Positions 48,101 to 55,619 of a stretch of DNA of 64,000 nucleotides are shown one piece after another (within the stretch, counting starts at the first letter, position 1; every line of letters begins with the position of its first letter). The DNA lies in the NCBI GenBank assembly GCA_021789695.1, contig JAJYJH010000009.1, forward strand, positions 1,750 to 65,749. The letters run 5' to 3'. Below the pieces are notes generated by a model. It was not told where the DNA came from. It saw only the letters and a list, made by a program, of their open reading frames with translations, and ran no database searches. The DNA is from a bacterium. Lineage in GTDB: Bacteria; Elusimicrobiota; Elusimicrobia; Elusimicrobiales; UBA9959. The position numbers and the translations under genes are program-made.

Positions 48101-51100
48101 GCCGAGAAGTTCGGCTTCAACTTCAACCCGATAGCGGTCTCGGGCATAGCGGGCGGCACGCCCGGCACCTGGGACAAAATGTTCCGCGAGGCCAACCTCG
48201 ACGAGATCCTCGCCGGCAAGAACATGATAGAGCCCATCCCGGGCGAGTGGCGCGCGAAGCAGATAGACAAGAACATTATCCGCGTCGTGAAGTCCCCGAC
48301 GGGCAACCACAGCATCGAGAAGATAGATTCCGTGGACCAGGCCATAAAGCTGTCGGCGCGCGCCGGCCGCCTGGACATACAGGGTGAGTTCGGTCTGCCG
48401 AACACCGTCGCTAAGGCGCTGGATTCCACTTTCAAGATGGCCATAGCCGCCGGCGTGCTGGCCCTGAAGGACGCTGGCCTGCCGCTGATCCATTACTACA
48501 AGAAGACCACCACCGGGAGCTTTTTGCCCGAGAAGTGGGCGCTGCCCGAGCCGGTGGCCTCGGAGACCGGCGTGGTGTTCGCTTCGGCCTTCCCGGTGAC
48601 CGAGTCTCTGCTCCGCGAGGTCACCCATTACTTCAACTACAAGTACTCCGGCAAGACCGCGGCACAGCTGTGGAAAGTCTACCACAAGATCGTCGACAAG
48701 CTGCCAACCGAGGCCGACAAGGCCGGCCTGCGCGCCTGGCTGCAGAACGAGTTCGCGGGCTACCAGCCCGGCGAGGGCAAGGACCCGTACTCGTTCAGCC
48801 AGAACTTCCTGCTGAAGGTCATACCGATAGCGGACTCCCAGTTCGCCCAGTGGGTCGGCGCCAAGGGCCCGACGCTGCACGTCAGCGCGGCCTGCGCCTC
48901 CACCACGCAGGCGGTGCACCTGGCCGAGAGCTGGATACGCGCCGGCAAGTGCAAGCGCGTAGTCGTGATAGCCGCCGACGACATCACCAACGAGACCGTG
49001 CAGGAATGGACGATGCCCGGCTTCCTCGCCTCCGGCACCGCCACCACCAAGGAGAACGTCTCCGAGGCGGCACTGCCTTTCGACCGCCGCCGCCACGGCC
49101 TCATCGTGGGCTCCGGCGCCGTCGGTATGGTAGTCGAGGACGAGACACTAACACGCGGCCGCGGCATGAAGCCGCTCGCCCGCCTGCTCTTGACCGAGGC
49201 CGCCAACTCGGCCTTCCACGCCACGCGCCTCGACACCGAGCATGTGGCTTCCGTGATGTCCAACTTCGTGAAAAAGGTGGAGAACCTCTACGGCCTGAAG
49301 AAGGAAGAGATCGCGCCGTACACGATGTTCATGTCGCACGAGACCTATACCCCGGCCCGCGGCGGCTCCGCCTCGGCCGAGGTGAAGGCGCTGCGCCGGG
49401 CTTTCGGCGACGCCGCCGACAAGGTGGTGGTCAGCAACGTCAAGGGCTTCACCGGCCACACGATGGGCGCCTCGCTCGAGGACGTCATCGCCGTGCGCGC
49501 GCTGAACACCGGCATCATCCCGCCGATAGCCAACTATAAGGAACCCGACCCGGAACTCGCCGGCATCAATCTCTCTAAGGGCGGGCACTACGACCTGAAG
49601 TACGCCATACGCTTCGCCGCGGGCTTCGGCTCGCACATGGCCATGGCCATGACCGAGCGCGTCTGGCGGGCGGGGGAGAGCCGCTACGAGGACCAGGGCA
49701 GGTACAACGCCTGGGTCCGCGAGGTTTCCGGCGACCCGGCGGCCGAACTCGAAGTGGTGCAGAACACCCTGCGCGTGAAGGACAGGAAGACCGCCGGCAA
49801 GCCGGCCCACACCCCCGCCGCTCCCGCAAAGGAACCGGTGGCCGCGGCCGCCGCCCCGGCGCCGAAGCCGGCGCCGGGCGCCGCCGCCGCGCCGCAGCAT
49901 TACGCTGAGCCCAAGCCGGCCCCTGTCCACGCCCCGGCGCCCTCCGGTCTGGGCGAGGAGGCCGTGAAGGAAAACATCCTCGGGATGATCACCGAGAAAA
50001 CCGGCTACCCCAAGGATATGCTGGAGCTGGACCTCGACATGGAGGCCGACCTCGGCATAGACACCGTCAAGCAGGCCGAACTCTTCGCCGCGATGCGCGA
50101 GCACTACGCCATCCCGCGCCAGGAGAACGTCTCGCTCAAGGACTACCCGACCATACGCCACTGCATCAAGTTCGTCGTAGAGTCTAAAGGCGGAGCTGCC
50201 CCCGCGCCCGCCGCCGCGCCCGCCACGAAACCGGCGCCCGCGGCTGCCCCGCAGCATTATTCCGAGCCCAAGCCCGCCCCCGCGCCCGCCGCCACTTCGG
50301 CCGTCGGCGTTGACGATGAGTCCGTTAAGACGCAGATCCTCGGCATGATAGCCGAGAAGACCGGCTACCCCAAGGATATGCTGGAGCTGGACCTCGACAT
50401 GGAGGCCGACCTCGGCATAGACACCGTCAAGCAGGCCGAACTCTTCGCCGCGATGCGCGAGCACTACGCCATCCCGCGCCAGGAGAACGTCTCGCTCAAG
50501 GACTACCCGACCATACGCCACTGCATCAAGTTCGTCGTAGAGTCTAAAGGCGGAGCCGCCGCGGCCGTCGTCCAAGCCAAACCGGAGCAGCCGGACCTGC
50601 TGGACATCGGCGCGAAGCGGGAGGAGAAGCCTGTCTTGGCCGCGGCCGAAAAGCCGGCCAGGCAGGAATGGCCCAAGCGCCATATCCGCCACGTGCCTGT
50701 CGTGGTCGCGGCCCCGGTGGAGCAGGAGGTGATTAAAAAGATTTCCTCCAAGCGGCCTGTCGTCATCTTCGCCGAGGACCTGGACCTGGCGAAAGCCTTC
50801 CGCGCGGAGCTCAATAAGCACCGTGCCGACTCGTATATCTTCACCCCGGCCAAGACCAAAGTAAAAGACGCGATAACGGTGGACTTCCGCGACATGGCCG
50901 CCACCGAGAAGGCGCTCAAGGACTTCGCCGCCGAGCACCCCGATACGCAAGGCATCGTTTATCTGCCCGGCTGCATGGTGAAGTCGCTCTCGAAGGACAC
51001 CAGCGCTTTCGCGGACCTCAGGCGTTATGGCCTGCCGCTGTTCATGGCGGTAAAGTATCTAGCCGGAGGCCTGAACAGCCCTGAGGAGGGGCACTCCACC

Positions 51101-53149
51101 TTCATGGCCGTGGTCACCACGCTGGACGGCGGTTTCGGCTACAAGACCAGGGACGCCTACGATCCGGTCTACGGAGCCATCCACGGGCCGACGCTGTGCC
51201 TGCGCAAGGAGCTGGAGAAGAGCGCGGTGAAGTTGCTGGACTTCGAACCCAGCGCCTCCAATCAATTAATCGTCCAGAAGACCTTTTACGAGATCCTCTA
51301 TTCAGACAAACGCCTTGCCATCGGCTACGCCGACGGCAAACGTTGGACTCTGGTCGGCAAGCCCCAGGCGCTTGACAAGTCCCACCGCGCCGCGGAGCTG
51401 GAGGGGCGCAATGTCATAGTTACCGGCGGCGGGCGCGGCCTCGGCGCGATGTTCTCCAGGATGCTGGCCGAACAGCACAAGGCCAACGTCGTAATCCTGG
51501 ATATTATAGAGATAACCGAGGAAGCCAAGCGCCTCACCGGCATGGGCGAGACTGAGCTGAAAGCCTGGAAGATGGGAGAGCTCTGGAATAAGGTCAAGGC
51601 CACCAACGACAAGGCCACTCCAGCCATCCTGGAGAAGGAGTTTACCCGCCTGAAGGACGCGGCCGAGATGCACCGCAACCTGGAGGCGATACGTTCTCTC
51701 GGCGTGCAGGCACATTACTACCGCTGCGACCTCAGCAGCCCTGAGGCTATAGCCTCTGTCACTGCCAGCATCAAGGCCGATCTGGGCCAGGTGGACGGCC
51801 TGGTCCACTTCGCGGGGCTGGAGCGTTCCAAGCTCGCCGTAGACAAGGCCGTGGAGGAGTACACGCTGATTTTCAACGTGAAGGCCGACGCCGCCATTAA
51901 CCTGTGGAAGTCCGGGGTGGTAAAGGAAAAAGGTTTCTGGGCCATGGCCTCCTCGATAGCAGGCAAGTTCGGCAACGTCGGCCAGTCCGACTACGCCGCG
52001 GCCTCCGACTACATCGCGAAGTTCTGCGTCAGCCAGTCCAACCGCGGCGTGCACGCGGTCAGCGTGGACATGACTGGCTACGCGCAGATAGGCATGGGAG
52101 CCCGGCCGGGAGTAGAGGCCTTCCTGAAATCGCAGGAGATGGAGTTCCTTTACCCCGAGGAAGGCATGCAGGCTTTCCTCGACGAGATAGTTTACGGCAA
52201 GGTGCCGGAAATAATCCTCTCCGGCAGCCTGGGCAAACTGGACTGGGACCACCAGCTGCAGTACGAGCCGAACTTTTCCCCGTCCGGTTCAACCGGTTTC
52301 CATTTCGTACCGCGTCTGGACGACCTGCTGAAGGGGGAGATGCTGGCCGGGACTAAGGAATTCTCGCTGCAGTCAGACCCCTACCTGGCGGACCATTCCA
52401 TAAACGGCACCCCCTATGTGCCTGGCGTAATGGGTCTGGAGACTTTCGCCGAGGCCGCGGCGGTGCTGACCGGCAAGCCGCCGAAGGCGCTAACCGACGT
52501 GCGCTTCGCGGTGCCGATAAAACTGCTGCGCAACAGGGCCGCAGAGGTGAACATAAAGGCCGAGGCCGTCGACGAGACCGTAGAAATGAGGCTGGAGTCT
52601 GACTTCGTCAGCCCCAAAGGCCTGCGCCTGGGTCAGACCCGCACGCATTTCAAGGCGGTTGCGGCCCAGGACGCCTCTTCCGGCTGGACGCCGGATATGC
52701 GCCCGCGCCTGCCTAAGTCCAGGAAATACAGGACCGAGGCCGCGGTAATCTACAAGACCTATTTCCACGGGCCGAGTTTCCAGGTGCTCGACGGAGTTTT
52801 GTCGTTGGACAAGAGTTCGGTACTGGCGGTCTTCAAGCGCCCGCAGACCCCGCTGTGGAAGGAGACGCATCCGAAGCTGGTCTTCCACCCGCTGGTCTTC
52901 GAGGCGCTGTTCCAGGCCTGCGGCTGGCGCGACATACAGTTCGACAGGACCATGGCCCTGCCGGACGCGATAGGCGCGGCCGTAGCATACGATCATGAAC
53001 CGCTGGACCCGGAGACGCTGTTCCTCTACGGAGTCTTCAAGGGGCGCACAGAAGACAACCGCAGCCTCTACGACGCGTGGGCCTTTGACGAGGACTTCAA
53101 CCTCTTCGCCGAGCTGCGCGACTATGCGATGATCCCGACCCCCATCTGA
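45110..53149 (+). CDS. Iterative type I PKS/FAS megasynthase, PfaA-like: KS-AT-KS-ACP-ACP-KR-DH
   Basis: KS1 DAAC / HGTAT / QIGH; AT GHSLG and HAFH; KS2 SAAC / HETYT / FTGH; two ACPs LGIDTVKQ; KR TGGGRGLG and QSDYAAA; DH HSINGTPYVP and FEALFQ. Confidence 0.93.
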   Translation: MDNEKIAIVGLGIIAPKALNKEQFWQNVLEGKNCITEVPQDRWDWRLYYSEDRKAADKTYSKIGGFIEDFKFDSIRYKIPPQSAAQISRLQQMTIEAVRMALEDAGYDETIAGAASKASGQQTAKKSFDPKRTAAVLGNAMGANRKEMTDLRVYKFYNEDLIKKTSVFSALPRDKQEALIAEFEAGIDNGIIKITEDTMPGELSNVTAGRIANVFNLNGPNMTMDAACASSMAALDYAVLGLRAGRFDMAVAGGADEMMSPAAFVKFCKIGALSADGSYSFDERANGFVMAEAVSIYILKRLSDAVRDGDKIYALINAVGASSDGKGKGITAPNPKGQKIAIENAFEQVDYGPGEVDFVEAHGTATKVGDAAEVQVLQEVFGPHMGGGKKLGLTSVKSQIGHSKAAAGAVSMAKTALAIYNKTLPTSINCVKLNPGIDQNLFKVITKAEPWDKNGLRRANVSSFGFGGTNFHVLLEEYTGPNHPRYAKAGAAVETPAAAVEVVENPRAPFAGLQGEAVTFTGNTPEDVVNNAKKEAAAVFAKWPETYPMATYTQPSMTKAKGPWGVSIVAKSPKDLAEKIEFMAKNGKAGTWTEPPLNFKLKGVYTFKTGVNQAKVGLLFPGQGSQYVDMMRDLAAKYQVVQATFDEADVILEKMIGIRLTEAIWSKPGEGKEELAKRETAIKQTQLTQPSMMTADIAMYRLLREFGVKPDMAIGHSLGEYAAATAAGIFTFENGLRAVTSRAKEMASVKVADPGKMASVALGCDKVDAELKKIGGYVISANKNCPLQTVIAGEAKSVEQAVQHFKALGIEAGEIPVSHAFHSEIVAPAMGPYRNFLQNIPIKAADMKILSNVTADFFPTDPQGIYDMLIKQMTSPVEFIKQLERMYDEGVRTFIECGPKRVLSAFASSTLKDKPEPVTILASNHPKRGGITELNDLFANMTALGIPVNWDGKVPQRGGKFFNPYYQNWALKATGQIPVSAPASAGQAALPADKASFAEKFGFNFNPIAVSGIAGGTPGTWDKMFREANLDEILAGKNMIEPIPGEWRAKQIDKNIIRVVKSPTGNHSIEKIDSVDQAIKLSARAGRLDIQGEFGLPNTVAKALDSTFKMAIAAGVLALKDAGLPLIHYYKKTTTGSFLPEKWALPEPVASETGVVFASAFPVTESLLREVTHYFNYKYSGKTAAQLWKVYHKIVDKLPTEADKAGLRAWLQNEFAGYQPGEGKDPYSFSQNFLLKVIPIADSQFAQWVGAKGPTLHVSAACASTTQAVHLAESWIRAGKCKRVVVIAADDITNETVQEWTMPGFLASGTATTKENVSEAALPFDRRRHGLIVGSGAVGMVVEDETLTRGRGMKPLARLLLTEAANSAFHATRLDTEHVASVMSNFVKKVENLYGLKKEEIAPYTMFMSHETYTPARGGSASAEVKALRRAFGDAADKVVVSNVKGFTGHTMGASLEDVIAVRALNTGIIPPIANYKEPDPELAGINLSKGGHYDLKYAIRFAAGFGSHMAMAMTERVWRAGESRYEDQGRYNAWVREVSGDPAAELEVVQNTLRVKDRKTAGKPAHTPAAPAKEPVAAAAAPAPKPAPGAAAAPQHYAEPKPAPVHAPAPSGLGEEAVKENILGMITEKTGYPKDMLELDLDMEADLGIDTVKQAELFAAMREHYAIPRQENVSLKDYPTIRHCIKFVVESKGGAAPAPAAAPATKPAPAAAPQHYSEPKPAPAPAATSAVGVDDESVKTQILGMIAEKTGYPKDMLELDLDMEADLGIDTVKQAELFAAMREHYAIPRQENVSLKDYPTIRHCIKFVVESKGGAAAAVVQAKPEQPDLLDIGAKREEKPVLAAAEKPARQEWPKRHIRHVPVVVAAPVEQEVIKKISSKRPVVIFAEDLDLAKAFRAELNKHRADSYIFTPAKTKVKDAITVDFRDMAATEKALKDFAAEHPDTQGIVYLPGCMVKSLSKDTSAFADLRRYGLPLFMAVKYLAGGLNSPEEGHSTFMAVVTTLDGGFGYKTRDAYDPVYGAIHGPTLCLRKELEKSAVKLLDFEPSASNQLIVQKTFYEILYSDKRLAIGYADGKRWTLVGKPQALDKSHRAAELEGRNVIVTGGGRGLGAMFSRMLAEQHKANVVILDIIEITEEAKRLTGMGETELKAWKMGELWNKVKATNDKATPAILEKEFTRLKDAAEMHRNLEAIRSLGVQAHYYRCDLSSPEAIASVTASIKADLGQVDGLVHFAGLERSKLAVDKAVEEYTLIFNVKADAAINLWKSGVVKEKGFWAMASSIAGKFGNVGQSDYAAASDYIAKFCVSQSNRGVHAVSVDMTGYAQIGMGARPGVEAFLKSQEMEFLYPEEGMQAFLDEIVYGKVPEIILSGSLGKLDWDHQLQYEPNFSPSGSTGFHFVPRLDDLLKGEMLAGTKEFSLQSDPYLADHSINGTPYVPGVMGLETFAEAAAVLTGKPPKALTDVRFAVPIKLLRNRAAEVNIKAEAVDETVEMRLESDFVSPKGLRLGQTRTHFKAVAAQDASSGWTPDMRPRLPKSRKYRTEAAVIYKTYFHGPSFQVLDGVLSLDKSSVLAVFKRPQTPLWKETHPKLVFHPLVFEALFQACGWRDIQFDRTMALPDAIGAAVAYDHEPLDPETLFLYGVFKGRTEDNRSLYDAWAFDEDFNLFAELRDYAMIPTPI
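50000..50556 (+). repeat. Tandem ACP duplication, 360-nt period
   Basis: 50000-50196 is identical to 50360-50556 (197 nt); the linker motif PQHY(A/S)EPKPAP is also duplicated. Confidence 0.95.
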
Positions 53150-53153
53150 CGGG

Positions 53154-53804
53154 ATGACAAAGACAGCCGAGAATATAGCCGAAGAGACCTGGCCCGGTAC
53201 AGGGGCAACGCTCCGCTTCGTCCGGGTGGCCGGGCTCTCGCCCGACGGGGCGCTATCGGAAAGGGAAACAGCCGTCTACGCAGCCTTCCGCATGGAGAAG
53301 CGCCGGGCAGAATGGCTGGCCGGCAGGCTTGCTGCCAAGTCCCTGCTGACCGCGGCCTCGGGCCGTAGGCAGGAGGAATGCGAGATAGGCATGGACCGGC
53401 TGGGACGCCCCTGCTGCGGGGAGACTCTGGTCTCTATCTCCCACTCCGGAGGCTGGGCTCTGGCCGCGACCAAGCCGGGCTCCGCCTTCCTCGGCGCCGA
53501 CATGGAAAAGGTGGAGGAGCGCCACCACGCCTGGTACTCGGACTACTTCCATCCCTCGGAACTCCCCAGCCATGACCCCTCCGAGGCCACCAGGCTCTGG
53601 ACCATAAAAGAGGCCGTCCTGAAAGCCCTTGGTCTGGGACTGATGGCAGACCCGCTCCACGTCAGGGCCGGAGAACGCGTCATGCTCTCCGGCAAGGCCC
53701 TGGGGCGCTACCGCGAGCTGGGCAGCCCTGCGTACTCGGTGGAAACGCGGGCCTTCCCAGAGGGTTTTTGGACCGCCGTAGTGGCGGACTCCGTTTTGAA
53801 GTAA
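53154..53804 (+). CDS. Sfp/PfaE-type 4'-phosphopantetheinyl transferase
   Basis: RRAEWLAGRLAAK, VSISHS, GADME, WTIKEAVLKALG. Confidence 0.92.
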   Translation: MTKTAENIAEETWPGTGATLRFVRVAGLSPDGALSERETAVYAAFRMEKRRAEWLAGRLAAKSLLTAASGRRQEECEIGMDRLGRPCCGETLVSISHSGGWALAATKPGSAFLGADMEKVEERHHAWYSDYFHPSELPSHDPSEATRLWTIKEAVLKALGLGLMADPLHVRAGERVMLSGKALGRYRELGSPAYSVETRAFPEGFWTAVVADSVLK

Positions 53805-53834
53805 AATATCAGGTAAAGAGAGGTTACACCACCC

Positions 53835-55466
53835 ATGGCGGATTTAATGGAAGACCCCATAGCCGGAGCGGCGCAGCAGGCCGGCAAGAAATCGCATCCC
53901 AAGAAGGTGCGCGTAGTCCCGGAGTCACTCCGGAAGTTCCGGGAGATAAGGGAGGCGGCCGAGGCCGGAGGCCCGCCCGATAAGGTGGAAGCACAGAAGA
54001 AGCGCGGCAAACTGACGGCACGCGAAAGGATAGCCTATCTGGTGGACGAAGGCACCTTCCAGGAGTTGGGACTGCTGATGGAGAGCCGCTGCACGGACTT
54101 CGGCATCAGGGATAAGCATATCAAGGGCGACGGCGTCGTCACCGGCTTCGGCAGAATCGGCGGCCGGCTGGCCGCAATCTTTTCCGAGGACTTCACGCAG
54201 CTTGGAGGCTCGTTGGGCCGCACGCACGCCGGCAAGATAGCCAAGCTTATGGACATGGCGGCCGACGCCCGCTGCCCGGTCATCGGCATATTGGACTCCG
54301 GCGGCGCCCGCATCCAGGAGGGGGTGGATTCGCTGGACGGCTACGGAGAGATCTTCTACCGCAACACGAAGTATTCCGGTGTCGTGCCGCAGATCTCGAT
54401 CATTGTCGGCCCGTGCGCGGGAGGCGCGGTCTATTCCCCGGCGCTGACCGACTTCGTCTTCATGGTGCAGGGCCTGAGCAACATGTTCGTCACCGGCCCC
54501 GAGGTCGTCAAGGCGGCCACCGGCGAGTCGGTGGACTTCGAGACGCTCGGGGGCGCGATGACACACGCCTCCAAGTCCGGCGTCTGCCATTTCACCGCCA
54601 ACTCCGAGCAGGATTGTTTCCGGCAGGTCAAGGAGCTGCTAAGCTTCCTGCCTGCCAGCCGCCACGAAGCTCCTCCGACGTCCGAAACGAAGGACTCCGA
54701 CACGCGCCGTATTTCGCTCCTGGAGAAGCTCTGCGAGATGGACCCGCGCAAGCCGTACCGCGTGCACCATATCATCTGGTGGCTGGCCGACGATCACAAG
54801 TTCCTGGAGGTGCACCACAACTACGCCAAGAACATCGTCGTGGGCTTCGTAAGGCTGGGGGGGAAGGTGGTCGGCGTGATAGCCAACAACCCGGCCCACA
54901 TGGCCGGCGCGCTGGACATCAACGCCTCCGATAAGGCGGCCCGCTTCATCCGCTTTATGAACGCCTTCAACATCCCGATTCTGACGCTGGTGGACGTGCC
55001 CGGCTACTGGCCAGGCGTGGCGCAGGAGCACGGAGGAATCATCCGCCACGGCGCCAAGCTGCTCTACGCCTACGCGGAGGCCACCGTCCCCAAGGTCACG
55101 CTGGTCCTGCGCAAGGCCTACGGCGGGGCTTACATAGCGATGAGTTCCAAGATGATGGGCGGGGACATAAACTTTTCCCTGCCCTCCGCTGAGATAGCGG
55201 TCATGGGCCCCCGCGGCGCCATAGAGATACTCTACTCTCGCCAGATCAAGGAGGCCAAGGACGAGGAGAAGGAAGCCATGCGGGCTAAGCTGGCCAAAGA
55301 GTATTCGGACAAGTTCGCCTCGCCCTATCAGACGGCCTCTACCGGCTCCATAGACGAGGTCATAGAGCCTGCCCAGGCCAGGGCACGGCTGATCTCCGCC
55401 TTCCGCCTGCTGGCGGAGAAGCGCAGGCCCGGAGAGGCCGGACGCTCCGGCAACATCCCGCTGTAA
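53835..55466 (+). CDS. Acyl-CoA carboxylase carboxyltransferase subunit (PccB/MmdA-like)
   Basis: GKLTARERI, DSGGARIQEG, GPCAGGAVYSPALTD, VDVPGY, RKAYGGA. Confidence 0.95.
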   Translation: MADLMEDPIAGAAQQAGKKSHPKKVRVVPESLRKFREIREAAEAGGPPDKVEAQKKRGKLTARERIAYLVDEGTFQELGLLMESRCTDFGIRDKHIKGDGVVTGFGRIGGRLAAIFSEDFTQLGGSLGRTHAGKIAKLMDMAADARCPVIGILDSGGARIQEGVDSLDGYGEIFYRNTKYSGVVPQISIIVGPCAGGAVYSPALTDFVFMVQGLSNMFVTGPEVVKAATGESVDFETLGGAMTHASKSGVCHFTANSEQDCFRQVKELLSFLPASRHEAPPTSETKDSDTRRISLLEKLCEMDPRKPYRVHHIIWWLADDHKFLEVHHNYAKNIVVGFVRLGGKVVGVIANNPAHMAGALDINASDKAARFIRFMNAFNIPILTLVDVPGYWPGVAQEHGGIIRHGAKLLYAYAEATVPKVTLVLRKAYGGAYIAMSSKMMGGDINFSLPSAEIAVMGPRGAIEILYSRQIKEAKDEEKEAMRAKLAKEYSDKFASPYQTASTGSIDEVIEPAQARARLISAFRLLAEKRRPGEAGRSGNIPL

Positions 55467-55488
55467 AGAACCGCTTGCGCCAATGGAG

Positions 55489-55515
55489 AAGGCCGGTCCC
55501 CTGACCGGCCTTTTT
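55489..55515 (+). terminator. Rho-independent terminator ending the PKS operon
   Basis: AAGGCCGGTC-CCCT-GACCGGCCTT followed by TTT. Confidence 0.9.
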
Positions 55516-55591
55516 CCTTGCCCGTCCGACGCTGCATAAGTTTTGCTAATACACGCATTAATCTTTTTAAAAGGAGGCACCTTGCCGCTTT

Positions 55592-55600
55592 TGATACAAT
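55592..55600 (+). promoter_or_regulatory. Extended -10 promoter of the hydrogenase operon
   Basis: TG-A-TACAAT, then AAGGA RBS and ATG 55620. Confidence 0.6.
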
Positions 55601-55619
55601 TAACGCTTAAGGAAAATAT

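Noticed and set aside
49795-49960. GCC/CCG-rich low-complexity runs resembling a tandem repeat array or CRISPR
   Set aside because: They encode Pro/Ala interdomain linkers; no constant repeat-spacer periodicity and no cas genes.
45455-52252. Long antisense ORFs (706, 479, 600, 316 aa) opposite the PKS, and similar shadow ORFs throughout the window
   Set aside because: They mirror strongly biased GC-rich sense genes, which suppresses antisense stops; no motifs or RBS.
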